Counted from the stretch's first letter, positions 1 to 12,580 are shown. The stretch: 64,000 bases of DNA from Schizochytrium sp. TIO01 (GCA_004764695.1 SMSO01000032.1:6418483-6482482), one strand, 5' to 3'. The notes: generated from the sequence alone by a model not told the origin. Made by a program: numbers and translations.

Positions 1-447
1 CACTTTAAAAAACAAAAACAAAAAACAATCGTGAGCACGCTGCACTATGGACAGTATAACGCTTCTCAGAGTGGTCTTCATCTGCAGCACCGAAAGCTCC
101 ATCCTCATCGTAATCCTCGAAACCAAGGCACTGCTCTTCACGTGAGTAGGTTCGAAGATGGCAGTGGACGAGTGAGAGACAAGGTTCCAAGATGAGTTGA
201 GATCTCTAATTGGAGACCTCCTCATAAAAGTACCCAAACTTTGTTAACGGGAACTGCACGTGATCACAATGAAACATGGTTCCCATCACTGCAGAGCAGG
301 CTGCAATCAATCACAACCGGGTGGAGCCCACGCCAGGGCTGTTGAGCTTATTGTTTGTCTTTGAGTTCAAGGCCGTCGTCGCCACAAGGCTCTAGGTACG
401 GCGGGCCTGTTTCGTTGTCCACACAGAACTGGCGTGATGGCTCAGTG

Positions 448-532
448 CTTTCTTTCTTTCTTTCTTTCTTTCTTTGCTGTTTTTCTTTTTCTTTTTGTTT
501 TTGCTTTTGTTTTTGTTTTTGCTTTTGCTTTG
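448..532. repeat. (CTTT)7 followed by degenerate (TTTTTG/TTTTGC) hexamer repeat
   Basis: Read directly; it produces the spurious KQKQKQ/FCFCFC ORFs in the track. Confidence 0.9.
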
Positions 533-2002
533 TTCTTACGTTTGTTTTTTCGTGAATAGGGTTCCAACATCTTGAAAGGGTTCTCCATGATGTATCATGT
601 CTACCTGGAAACTCCACGAAACTCGCAATATGTCGCCGGCTCCCATGATTTCGCCTACAGCACTAGGCTCCATCACAATGGGCTCCTCTCAGGTGCGTCG
701 AGCAGCCGCGGCCAACCAGTCAGCAGCACTCTTCAACGCGATGGCGAGACACGGATACCATCAATCCATGGACATAAATGTTACATTCACGTCACGAGCG
801 ACGCAGGCCAATATAGAAAAGTGGTGACAAGTTAAGCATCGTGGATGGAATGGCCTGCCTTTAGATGCATGGCCAAAACATTACGTTTGGGGACGATTGG
901 CGTCCCACGTGCATTAGAATGCTTATGATTTGCTTTTCGATCGCGAGATGATCTCCACCACCTCTGCGACTTGACATTTTGCAGATAATGCGAGAAGTGC
1001 ACACCAAGCACGCAGAAACAAAACAAGAACCCCAACCATTGCACGTCAATGGTTCACCCCCCTCGAGTGTTTGATGAACGCCGTCCAAGCATGAACAATT
1101 AATCGAGAAGTACCTCTGAGGTCTGATGTTCATCGCTCGCGATCAAAATCGTGCATTCGAGACACCCTTTCCCTGTATTTATAAATATTTATTTATTTCA
1201 ATTAAAAAATGATTTCAAAGCGACAAGGCTAATTGATTAGTACTATTTCTTTCCTTCCGCTTAATCGATTGCTTCCCTTCACTTTTTTCACTTCCAGTCA
1301 AGCTGGAAAGTAAACTCAGCTTCGCACCACTAACTACAGTATCTCAGCAAATGTTTCTCTCTTTGATTTGATGGGGAAAGCACTTACTCTCTTTGTAAAA
1401 GTCTGTTGGACTCATTTTTATGAAAATGCACGAATGTTTTCCCGCACGTGCCGTTTCGGCGTTCTTGTTGTTTGATAAGTTTCGAAGAGGCTGAAGTGGA
1501 GCTCCTGCAACAACCTTCTTCGGTGAGGTTAAACTTCGCGGCCGCCGACGTACGTGCTGTGCTCCAAGGGGAGCTCTCGGGAGCATCGAGGATTCGGTTG
1601 TGGCGGGCCGCCACAGATCATCATTCGTGATCGTGATTGAGCTGATCGAGAATTCAGAATTTTTTATTCAAGCTCTTTATAGAGAGTACGCAAATATTAC
1701 TTATGTGACACTTTTACTTTCGACAGACTGGATGCAAGGATGACGGCGGATGATGAAGGTCTTTTTATTTCTGGATTTATTTTTTTCCAAGTTCGAAGTG
1801 TAGAATGGCGTTGTTTCGCTCCTTCTATCAAAGTTTCATGTCTAATTCTAGATTGTTCATGTTTTGCAATCTGTAATAGCTAATGGTATTTCGCGCTGTG
1901 CTCTATACAGACTTCTAGGCTGGCAAATAAAAGGTACGACTACTTATGATCCCGTGATGCCGTGATGGTATGTGTTGGTATGATGTTTATTTCTTTTAAT
2001 GT

Positions 2003-2004
<2 letters not shown>

Positions 2005-2039
<35 letters not shown>
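2005..2039. repeat. Poly(T)35 tract
   Basis: 35 consecutive T. Confidence 0.95.
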
Positions 2040-2043
<4 letters not shown>

Positions 2044-5000
2044 AAGTATTTTACAAGATCGAATTCTCTGTGAGGCAGGATGGTATATTATATGTGCAAT
2101 TTCTTTCCTGAACGTAGCGTGCTGGAAACCTCTAGAGAAACTAGAAGGGAGATGACGACTTAATCAGGAAAGAATCGCCACTGCTCTATGAGGAAAACAA
2201 AACCGAGGCATAAACGGCGAACTTTGAGGATAATGAGTTACACTAAATAATAGCTTGCCTTGCTAAGAAGGAATTTATGTGAGCAACCTTTTTCTTTCCC
2301 TTTTCAAAATCCTGTCTTAAAGTTATATATATACATTTATTTATTTATAGTAATATTTTAAAATTAAAAACAATTAAAAACATTTATATAATCTATATAT
2401 TTCTCAATATTTACACATAAAGGGCGGGAACTAAATACTGGTTACTACATAATATACTACATTAACATCATAGAGAACTTGTGATTCTTCCATTTACTGT
2501 CAATTATATTCTCTAAATAAGTCTTGATAATAGTAATAAAAACAAACAAACAAAAAGCAAAGGTTATGATGATATAAAGGATGGCAAAGACAGCGAAGAC
2601 GATCTCAGAATAACTCAGCAGAAGAACCGACCAGGAAACCCCGTTTCATTGAGAGTTTATGACATGCTAGAAGCCACACGACCTGAGCGCGATTTGTATA
2701 TCCATTACTAATCTCGTCGATTGCAAGGCAGCCATATTTTCTTTCCATAGCAGGTAGGTGATATTGCAGAATCTGAGAAGCTAAAAAGTTCGTCGTTTGC
2801 AGTACGATCGTAAAAGTTATTCTCCCTTCTAGAGCTCATACTTTTAGCTCTCCAAAATTGGTTCTGCACGTGCTCGCAATCATATGATCAGCACTCGATG
2901 GAGCAGAGCAATGGATTGCTCGTGGTAGCTCAGGTGAAGGTTGCGATACGCAATGGCGCCAGCGTTGGCAGCAGCAAGTCCATTCAAGAATCGTATGAAG
3001 GAGCCGAGGAGACTACAGCTTATGTACCATGAGAGTACTTTGCTTTCAGGCATGAACCGCCTTTACCTTCCACTCACACACTGATTCGCATAGCCAGGTA
3101 TACGAAAGAACAGGCAATGACGAAATACAGGAGGAGGAAACAAATTGAGGCGCCGTGGACAATCAAAGCGACCATCATCACCTTCACCATTGCAAGCAAG
3201 AAACAGCTCCAAGGGCGTGAATTGGCATGGGGCTGTCCTTTCCAGAGCGTTCAACCTCTCTCTATCCATCCAGGGCAGATCAATGATCATAGCTTCACAT
3301 GAAATCTTCACGTGCTCCCTCGCTCACTCGTTATTGCGTTCGCTCGCGCTTTTGCCAACGCTTTATCCGCTCGCTTATTAACTTACTTGCCTCAGATTGT
3401 GGTTGAGCTTTCTTCCGAAGCATTGCGTGAACAGCTCCATACGATTAATGCTAATCGTATGGACTGACTTGGACTGCTAATTCACCGTGTGTCCTGAACC
3501 TCTCTCCAACCCACTGCACAATCTCGCAGAGGCACGCTAAGAATCCTTGCGTTCAGGACCAAGTTGACTAAGACGGTAGCCGCTCCCAGCCGAGCCAGTT
3601 TGAGACTGGAAAGAGGTCATATCGGAGCTTCCCCTCGATGAACAAGACCGCCAAGGTTTGGGGTTCAACCCAGTGAAAGCAGTGACTTATTCAATTAGCT
3701 CCTGCTGCCCAACGAAGGTCGCTGGGGCTTAACCGAACATCTTCATCATTCATGTGGTTTTGGTTGTGTGCTAAAACCATCGACTCTGGCTACGATTTAG
3801 CCCATGCCTTCATGTTAGGGTGCAAGCAGAAACCACTCTTTGCACGCAACAGGACGTTGAACGTGGCTTTTGTGCTTCGAGTTATTTACCTCAGTTTGCT
3901 TGCGAAATGTAACGTGAGCTACTTCCTAGCAAGACGTTCTGCGCTCCGCTTTGGGCTCCCAAGTTTGCCATCTTCATGATTTGGCTTTGACTTGCTTCTC
4001 ATGAAATGGTCCAAATGGGCAGAACAAGTTTTCAAGAGAGAGAGAAAACTAAATTGTTGAGTGTACATTTGCACAAACGGGGAAACTCATTCGTTTTCCT
4101 ATTTCCAACGTGTCCTATTGTAAACGGTAGAGGGTTATAGAATGGTAAAAGTTAGTTTTTTCTCTTTAAAAAATATTTTATTAAAAAAATGAATGAATTA
4201 CAATTTTGAGAAGAATTTCATCATAAATCCGATGTCAAAGGCAATGGATTGTGCAGCAGAGCGTTAAAAATAGCATTCGGACGACTTTTGATGTCGTCTA
4301 TGCATGGCATGCTTGCTGCCTCAATGACTCTCGCGACGCGATGGACTTTCTCTTGATTTATGCACACATAATGTGAGAAATATTGCTCAATCAGTGGCTG
4401 ATTGAATGTAAAACAGTTTCTAAAGGTGACATAGCATTGAAGGACCCAGGGCAAGATCAAAGGCCGGGATTGAGCAGTGCGAGCAACTATGGATTGCAAA
4501 GAAGTTTTCGTTGGATTAGAATATGTGAACTCCTCGATTAGAGACTGTTCAGTCTGCGCGAGGACTCCTTCTTTACAAGGCTTTTTATACCTACTGCATT
4601 CATTTTATTTTTGTTGGTTTGACGGAATTTCTGTGCTTCTCGTGGAGGATGACTTTTTTAGAGGGTGATTGACGATGCAAATCGATCAGAATAAAACATC
4701 ATGCGGTGGGGTCCAAAGTATCAAGCGAGCCCCGTAGAGTAGAGCGAAATATCTGCAGCAAGCTCATGGTCTTGATGAGCTTTTGCAACGTGCATAAATG
4801 AATAAATGAATGAATGAATGAATCAATGTCATGATCTTCGCAAAATAGTACTGCCCACAACAGAGTTGAAGTGTCTTTTAATTTAAGATTCCAATAAGAG
4901 TAGTACCTATGTACCTACAACCAAATACCTTCGAGGAAGAAGAAGGAGGAGACCAAGAGAACGCCGAGCCAAAACAACTTCTCTGCTTCTTCTCCTCCTT

Positions 5001-6673
5001 TAGGCGTCTTCGACATTTCTCTCTTTTTCTTTTTTTCTTTTTTAATTAATTACTTTTTAATAATTATTATTTTTAATAGAAAGGAGCTCAAGATTTCCAT
5101 TCTTATGCTTTTAGCTTCGTGTCCTAATACCACATACCTTCAGTGTACTTTTCATAGAGAGAGCTCAGGAAGAAAACGTGTGGCCCTCTACGCTGCCTCC
5201 CGCATTTGCATCGCTTAGTTGATGGCAATGGTCTTGAGGCTGGACGGCCTGAAGACAATGCTGCTTGAGGCAACAGGTGGGAAATGAAAGAGAAGAAATG
5301 AAGATGTACATCGATTTGATGATGGGAGTCCTTTCAAGCAAGTTTTTCAAGATTCTTGAAATAGGAAACAGGAAGAAATATAAAAGTGTTCTCTTCTCTT
5401 GCGATTAGATAATGTTTACTTAATGCGATCATTGAAGGAGACCAAGTGTGAATAAATCTCCAACTCCGAGGTTTACAAAGCAGTTCACGAACAGGCAAAA
5501 GGGAGAGGCAGAAGCTAAAGAAGAGGCCTAGACGAGGCGAATTAACTGGCTTGCGATCATCAGAACCCCTCATTTGTTTCCTCGCAAAAGACTGACTGAC
5601 AAACATGGCTCATGATAAATAAGCGATCAAATAATTGAAAAAGTTTAATTTTAAATTATATTTTTCATTCAAGTTCACGTTTTATTTTTTACTACAGAAC
5701 ATAAACTGCTCTTCCTTTTTACTTTCTTCTTATTATTATGATTATTATTTATTTCAATACTTTTGATTGCTTTTTTCTCTATTTCTTTTCAAAGTAGATT
5801 TTCAAAATAAAGCATCGACACACTAACAGAGCAAAAGACAAATCAAATCGCATTCCACAGGCGCTGCAGCTACCATTGACGGCACAAGGGCGAGCGAGGT
5901 CCGGGTGCACCCTTCTCACTACTTCTTCGTCACGAGAGTGCCAGCCTCTCTGCCAGACCAGCTGCGTGGCTGAGCACTCTGCTACTCCGGGGCTAACTCT
6001 TTGCTTGAGTTCAAGGTCGAGAGAGACTCTGCGTGCACGCGCTCATTCTGCGCGCCCTGGAAAAGGTTGGCACTTTAACAAAGAGCAGCAGAAGACGCGA
6101 GAAGAGTCTAGGAAATTCGACGGCTGGGAAGCAAACAAGAAAGCTGTTGTGATACGGAGGGATTCGTGTAAAGACTAGAGGGCTGACAGAGAAGAGCTCC
6201 CCGTTTTGAGCGAAAAGAACGTCTTAACTAAAACTGCAAAACTCTTGCTTACGTCTCTGATCGTTCGCTTCAGCTGCCAGCGCTGCTTATCTGCGTTCGT
6301 GCTAATCTGCCTGTCCGCTTGCCTGCCTGCTTGTTAATTAGGATATCTAAGCTCATTGAAAGGTCTACCTTGGCTGGGTGCTGAGGAGATTGTGAAAGTT
6401 TTCTGGAGACGCGTCTTTGCTTAGTGAAGGTTTCGTCATTCACACCATTGCAGTTCTTGAATGGGACAGTGATTGACGCAAAACATCTAGTAAGCCTAAA
6501 AACCTGAAGCTACCTGTTCCAGTTCTCTACGTAAGGATCAACAAACTCGAGGTTAATTTGTACAGAACAGTTAGGTGTGGGGTACGATTCTCGTTTGAAT
6601 CGAAGCAAGAAGCTGGAGCCCTTGCCCTGCGTTCTCTTACAGCATCAAACTCGCAAACTTTACATAGACTACT

Positions 6674-8932
6674 ATGCCTCTATTTAGAGTTCACGATGGC
6701 GATGAGCCGATGGCAGACCCGCCACCGTCATCTCCAAAGTCCTCATCTAGGTGGCCAAGTATGCAAAGCTTCTCATTCTCCTCAGGGCGTCACAATCGCT
6801 TTGATGATGATGAGACTCAGATTTCTGACTCGGCATCAACCCCAAAATTATCTCCAAAATGGCCTAGTATGCAAAGCCTTTCCTTCTCATCTGGAAAACG
6901 TGGGAAATCCTTGCGAGACCTTATGTCTTCTAATCAGCTCTCGGTAAAGTCTCTTCTGTCCCATATGAGTGCTGACTCTCTCAACAATGTAATCATTCCT
7001 CGCGTACAATTTGAAGATCGAGCATGGCGGGTAGCCAAATTCGACTATTGTTTTGCAGCACTTTTTCTGATTGGCTTTATTGCCCATATCGCATGTGGAG
7101 CAAAAATTATTCACAGTCAAAATAGTTTCAGTAATGCTACTGGAACATATATTACTTTGGCCCTCAAGGCTGAATATGATGCGTGCCTCGTGGCCCATGC
7201 AGATCTTCAGAATACAAGCACCTCTGGTCGTCGTTTGCTTCCCTTCACAGAGTTCACAGAAGCTGGTCCTTCGCTTGGTGACGTATTCCCAAACTATGAA
7301 TATGTGAATTCAAATCTCCTTGACAACTATCATCGCTCGAGCCTTTTGCGCTTCCTACAAACTTCAGCTCTGGATGAAGATGGTACTAATCCTGTGGATG
7401 ACTGCACAACGCTTTGGTGTGTTATTGGCGAGACACCCAGGGTCACTGTCGCAACCTTCATTGGGGCGGTGTTAATCGGTGTTTGCTGGCTTGCATCGAT
7501 GCGCTGGAAACCACAATACAGTGCATGGTTTGCGGCACTCTGGAGTCCGGTCATGTATGTGTCAGTTGCTATTGCTCTCATAACAAGAACGGAGGGGACC
7601 ACAATGTTATCTGCTTTGTTTTTTGCCACTGCAGTTGTTTTAGTTTTCGTGCTTGCTGCCGCACACGAGTCTATCAAGGCCACTGGTGAGCACCTTCGTA
7701 TCGCTGCTGCTGTGCTTCTGCAAAATGCATATATGTTCCGTGCGATTGCAGTTGTCCTGGTGGTACTTTGTATTTTTCTTGCATGGCATTGGTCTGTCAC
7801 TATGCGCTCTGTTGATATCATTGAATTCACTGTCGCAGCCTCGTGCGAACCTACGACTCCGGCTTACGTTGAGTCAATGCTAATTTATCTCTTCCTCTTT
7901 ATGGTGTGGTTCATTTCTTTCTGCAACTCTCAAAAGCTCGTAATTGTGTCCATGTGCGTGGGTTCATGGTTTTTGCAGCAACCTATCCGCCCTCGGTTAC
8001 CCGATTTTTCTGCCCTACGAGCAGGCTATTCAACCAGCTTTGGCACTATTGCCGGTGGGTGTCTCGTCACGGAATTTGTTGATTATATTGTAGAGCGTGG
8101 TGGATCAAACTTCTGGTGGCTTGACCCATTGGGCTATATTATTCGACCCCTGAAGTTTGCTTTCGGGCGCTGTGTTACGCCGTTTACTCGCTTTAGCATG
8201 ATTGCACATGCTTTTACAGGTGAGGGTTTTGGCCCTGCTGCCTATCGCTCGGCTAAACTTTTGCGCCGTAACTTTACCAATGCATATGTTGCTGATCGTA
8301 TTTTGATTGCTGGTGTACGCACAGGGACCAATGCATTTTCTATTGCTCTTGGGCTTGTAGTATGGGCTCGTATCGACGCAATAAATGGTTGGAACTCGCT
8401 TCGTAATTCGCCTAATGGCGACGGTGTTTTCGGAGGCGTGCCAGGTCTTCTCCTCTTCGTTTGTCTCGCTTCGTATCTCACGCGAAGACCCTTGCTTGGC
8501 CTCATGATGCTTGCGCTCGTCAATGACACTCTCTTGGCATGGCTCAATGGTACAGTTCAACTGTTTGCACCTATGGCTGGAGTCTTTGTCGCCTGCCTTG
8601 CTTCAGTGATTATTGGCTTCCAAGGTGACTGTGTACTAAACACAATTGATACAATTTTCATGTGCTACGCTATTGTTGAGGACACCGGTATGAGCACCCC
8701 CGTAGATGGCACCCGTGAAGATGCTCATTTATATGCTGACTCGATGCCTGCCACTATAAACCCTGATCAACCACATGGTCAACAGCAGCGGCAGCAGCAA
8801 CGTCCCAGCCAAGGTGGCCGTCCTAGTCGAGGCGCCCGCAGCCGTGAATCTCAAACGGACGACGAGGGGGAATCCGGTTCACAGGATTCTACCTCGAACC
8901 CTAGGGCCAAAGAGAGTTTTCATAGCCATTAA
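6674..8932 (+). CDS. Choline transporter-like protein (CTL/SLC44/Pns1 family), 752 aa
   Basis: Intronless ORF with about 10 hydrophobic segments. Family-like motifs: SFGTIAGGCLV, FTRFSMIAHAFTGEGFGPAAYRSAKLLRRN, IDTIFMCYA. Confidence 0.85.
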   Translation: MPLFRVHDGDEPMADPPPSSPKSSSRWPSMQSFSFSSGRHNRFDDDETQISDSASTPKLSPKWPSMQSLSFSSGKRGKSLRDLMSSNQLSVKSLLSHMSADSLNNVIIPRVQFEDRAWRVAKFDYCFAALFLIGFIAHIACGAKIIHSQNSFSNATGTYITLALKAEYDACLVAHADLQNTSTSGRRLLPFTEFTEAGPSLGDVFPNYEYVNSNLLDNYHRSSLLRFLQTSALDEDGTNPVDDCTTLWCVIGETPRVTVATFIGAVLIGVCWLASMRWKPQYSAWFAALWSPVMYVSVAIALITRTEGTTMLSALFFATAVVLVFVLAAAHESIKATGEHLRIAAAVLLQNAYMFRAIAVVLVVLCIFLAWHWSVTMRSVDIIEFTVAASCEPTTPAYVESMLIYLFLFMVWFISFCNSQKLVIVSMCVGSWFLQQPIRPRLPDFSALRAGYSTSFGTIAGGCLVTEFVDYIVERGGSNFWWLDPLGYIIRPLKFAFGRCVTPFTRFSMIAHAFTGEGFGPAAYRSAKLLRRNFTNAYVADRILIAGVRTGTNAFSIALGLVVWARIDAINGWNSLRNSPNGDGVFGGVPGLLLFVCLASYLTRRPLLGLMMLALVNDTLLAWLNGTVQLFAPMAGVFVACLASVIIGFQGDCVLNTIDTIFMCYAIVEDTGMSTPVDGTREDAHLYADSMPATINPDQPHGQQQRQQQRPSQGGRPSRGARSRESQTDDEGESGSQDSTSNPRAKESFHSH

Positions 8933-10040
8933 CGGTCTGCATCTCGTTCTTGAGTTGAATAAACTGCCTTTCTGTTTCCATACAAACCTTGTGAAATGTT
9001 AACAATGCCATCGTTGTATCATGTGGACCAGGTTTGGGTCATTCCATCAATATGACTTAATTTGTCACTTCCTATATTGCTTTTGTTTAATCTGTATCCC
9101 TCTACACTCAAGTGTACGCTAGAGGACAACTTTGAGGGGCTGGCTCTGTATGAGCCTTTCTTTTACTCCTGTGAAGTCTGCCTTTCGATCCAGGTCAGGA
9201 ACCTTTCGTCGTCGTTTCTTTTTTTTCCTTGCCCTGGATAGTATTTGATGATCAAATACTTGTTCAAAGTATAGTCTGATAGTATTCTTTATGTTTCGTT
9301 TCTCTGGGGACGCATTACTGTGTTTTACCATTGTATTTTTTTTTTCAATATTAAGCAAATTTGAAAGACATCTTATCTCCCAAAGCATCCGGAACTGTCT
9401 CAAAATTGTCTGCATGTGTATACATGTTAATTTCGCGTATATGTATTTGAGCATATGGCAAGTATTGTTCATAATGAGACCCATAGTACCTCATGGCAGA
9501 TTGAAATCACATGTCCATTACTAGCATATGCATGTTACGTAGAACTGAAAAATTTATAATTGAAGAATCGTCAATGCAGGTTCTGTTGGATTGGAATTGA
9601 TTTTTATGGTCTTGGCAAGAGGGCCGGCCACTGGAAAAGCAAAATCAAGAGTGCGTAGATGTCCAAAAGACGGAAGAAAAGGGAAATCGTAAAAAAATTA
9701 ATTGGTTTGTTTCAGATAGTAATTTTTTCCACTACAGGTATTCTCGTTCAAAAGCAGCTGAGAAAAAAGTCAACGTGAATCCAACAAAGAGCAATAGGAA
9801 AACATGAAAAAGAAGAGGCACAAAGAAAGAAAATGGAGTCCCTTGCATCATTGACTTCTTGGAATTGATCTAGGAGTGGAGTACTCTCCGTGAGGAAACC
9901 CAGTTCTGTACCTCGGGTTTAATACAAAGGTCTGCAGGTGGTTGTAATGTTCTAAGCTCCTATAAATGCAAATTGACTTCTCGTCTTTCTATTTAGTTCA
10001 GTGCTGCAACAACGACACGACAGAAGACGAATTCCTTAGC

Positions 10041-11177
10041 TTACATCTGGGGCATCTGAACCGGACCTCCAGCACCGAAGCCTTCTTGCTGAGCTGGGGT
10101 GGAAGTGCCACTTGCGACAGAGGATGATACAAGGAAGGTGAGCAGATACTCGGTGATAGTGGCGGGGAAAAGAAGAAGCTTAATGATAAAGGGAAGCTTC
10201 GTGTAGAGGAAGAGTTGGCCATAGATACCAAGAAAGGCAAGGGCAAATGCAGCGGCATCATCAAGGTAGCCGTCGCTGAGGTAGTGAAGGTCACGAGCCT
10301 CGCACCAGCGAGTGAAGGCATCAATTGTCACACGAGCACCGTTGAGTGCAGTATGAACTGTAGAAAGAATGCGGTGGACCGTGAATGCAATGGAGATACC
10401 AATCATGCGGCAAATGTAACGCAGCACAACGGGAACCCACGGGTAGTAGCGCTCATCAATGACCGATTTGATAACTGGGCCAGCTGCCTTAATAATGGTA
10501 GTAGAAAGAACATTACCAATCGAAACACCAAGACTGAGAGCACGAGCAAATTTGACTTGCAAGGTTGCAATAACCATAGCAAGAATTTGATAGAGGCGGC
10601 CAAAGGCCTCGGAAACCTTTTCAGGGTCGCATGAGCGCAAAAAGAGCGTAATCTTGCGCATGGTAAGCTGGGTTTGGCTGATCTGATCTACATCTGCAAC
10701 TCCGTCGTTATTCTCATCAAGCTCATTGTCCTCATCATTGGCATCACGAACAGCAGAGGCCTGGGCATGGAGCTCCTTGATCGCGTTAACAAGGTCGCGA
10801 CGACCACCCTGATCGATAGCTTCGAGAGTAGCAATGGTAGAAATATATGATCCTCCAAAGAACATCATAGCAATACCGTACAGCATACCCATGATCTCCT
10901 TGGGACCATAAGGTTCCAGCGCAATCAGGGCCTCGTCATATGCCTCCCATGCCGCATTCCAGTACGGTGTAATGATGACAATAGCAGTGGCAATGTATTC
11001 TTCGACCTTGAGGGCCATAGGCACGATCTTGGCAATCTTACTTGCCAGTGAGATGTCTTCGCCCTCGTCATCGCCAGCTGCGCTGCTGCGAGAAGAATCG
11101 CGCTTCGACTTGCGCTTTTTCACACCGGAGGCCTCGGCCACCATATCAAAAAGCGATTCCTCTTCGTTGTCACTCAT
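10041..11177 (-). CDS. Conserved hypothetical membrane protein with acidic DxNxDG loop, 378 aa
   Basis: ATG-initiated ORF with host-like codon bias, several hydrophobic helices (MMFFGGSY, ARALSLGVSIG, IGISIAF) and the loop DENNDGVADVDQIS. Function unknown. Confidence 0.8.
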   Translation of the reverse strand: MSDNEEESLFDMVAEASGVKKRKSKRDSSRSSAAGDDEGEDISLASKIAKIVPMALKVEEYIATAIVIITPYWNAAWEAYDEALIALEPYGPKEIMGMLYGIAMMFFGGSYISTIATLEAIDQGGRRDLVNAIKELHAQASAVRDANDEDNELDENNDGVADVDQISQTQLTMRKITLFLRSCDPEKVSEAFGRLYQILAMVIATLQVKFARALSLGVSIGNVLSTTIIKAAGPVIKSVIDERYYPWVPVVLRYICRMIGISIAFTVHRILSTVHTALNGARVTIDAFTRWCEARDLHYLSDGYLDDAAAFALAFLGIYGQLFLYTKLPFIIKLLLFPATITEYLLTFLVSSSVASGTSTPAQQEGFGAGGPVQMPQM

Positions 11178-12174
11178 CGTCCCTCAGTCGCGAGACCAAA
11201 CAAATAACTTGTATGTAACACGTGCTGCAGCGGAAACTAGTTCTTCCGCCGTGATTAACAAGACTTCAAAAAGAGGCCAAGCCCAACGAAACAACGCGAA
11301 GACGACTCGTCAGGAAGCGCGTTTTGGATTTGATCCATCCCTTGACCTTTTCTTCGTTGAAAGGCTTTTTGTTTGTTTGTCGATTTTCACCTACCTCAAT
11401 TACAACCATCTAACGAGATTACTATGAGGGAGGTAGTTAATACTACTTCTTTTCTTTCTTTTCTTTTATTCTCCTTTTTAATTAGGACCTAAGAATATCC
11501 ATCACAAAACTTGTATCTTTAGCTCCAGGAACTTCCTGCAAACGAATTGCACAAGCCAGTTACCTTCGTTTAAGCAGCCATCCCCAACTCCGTACAGGTA
11601 TTCGCTCGTGCCTTTGGCTCCTTTTGCGGATTCTTCTGCAGCTTTTACCCTTTAGCTTTATCTACCTCGTTTCTTTGAAAAAAGAAGAAAAAAAAAAAAG
11701 AACTCGCGCGCAATAAGCCCATCTACATCTTCACATAGGAGTTCCCTTGGGCGGCCGCGGGGTTCGGGGCTCTTTCAGGCTCACATAATCCCCTGTTATA
11801 GCAACTGCTGGGTCACATAGGCACTATCTCCTATCAACTCCTCGGTCGGAGGTGCACACTCGACATCAAAAGATCACAAACAAAGTTTTACTTTTTCTCC
11901 TTTTTAGAGCTTTCACTGTGCTTCAATTCGCTCTGATGATACATGTCTTTGTTGTTGTAGTTCGCAGTGGTACCATCCATCACAGCTCGTGTGCATGCAC
12001 GAGGGCTCGAGGTGGCCTGGCCTGGCTTTGCCCAGGCGCGTGAGTCAGCTCGCAAGAATATCCAATGGTCCTGCAAGAGCTCGAAGAGCCAGAGGCAATA
12101 GTATCGAATGTTGGATTGATTGATTTACTTTACTTTCATTTGGTTTGGAAAGGAAGGCATAGATAAGATAGGCG

Positions 12175-12214
12175 TAGCATAGCATAGCATAGCATAGCAT
12201 AGCATAGCATAGCA
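12175..12214. repeat. (TAGCA)8 pentanucleotide microsatellite
   Basis: Read directly. Confidence 0.95.
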
Positions 12215-12580
12215 TCGCTTAGCACCGCCACATTCATTATAGGCAAAAAAGAATCAATCACTTGAAATAAAAAACAATAAAAATAAAGAAGAAGCGCCTC
12301 TCGTTGTGCTCTGGCTCAGCGGGAACCCACTCGCTCTTCGCAGACAGGGCTGCTGGCTGCCTCCACTCTGGTGCGAGCGCCGCGACTTGAGCTGGTCGAG
12401 GCTGCGGAAAGCAGGCCCAGAAGGCTGGCTCTGACTGTTTGATGCGCAGCCATGTGCTCGAGCGAGGTCGCCGTCTTCTGTGGGAACCCGTAGTAATAGG
12501 TACCTCGCGTGAAATCCGAGCACGTGCAGAGCGTCGAGAATCGTGAGCAGGCAGGCAGTCGTGTTCGAGGCAGCGGTGTG

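Noticed and set aside
348-617. ORFs with KQKQKQ / FCFCFC runs
   Set aside because: Translations of microsatellite DNA.
1071-1127. TGATGA...CTGA C/D-box-like pair
   Set aside because: Too short, no convincing terminal stem or rRNA guide identified.
2005-2045. Poly(T)35 as a retroposon tail
   Set aside because: No target-site duplication or recognisable RT/SINE body found adjacent.
3655-3675. GGGTTCAACCC tRNA T-loop-like motif
   Set aside because: No 7-nt T-loop geometry, acceptor stem or D-arm.
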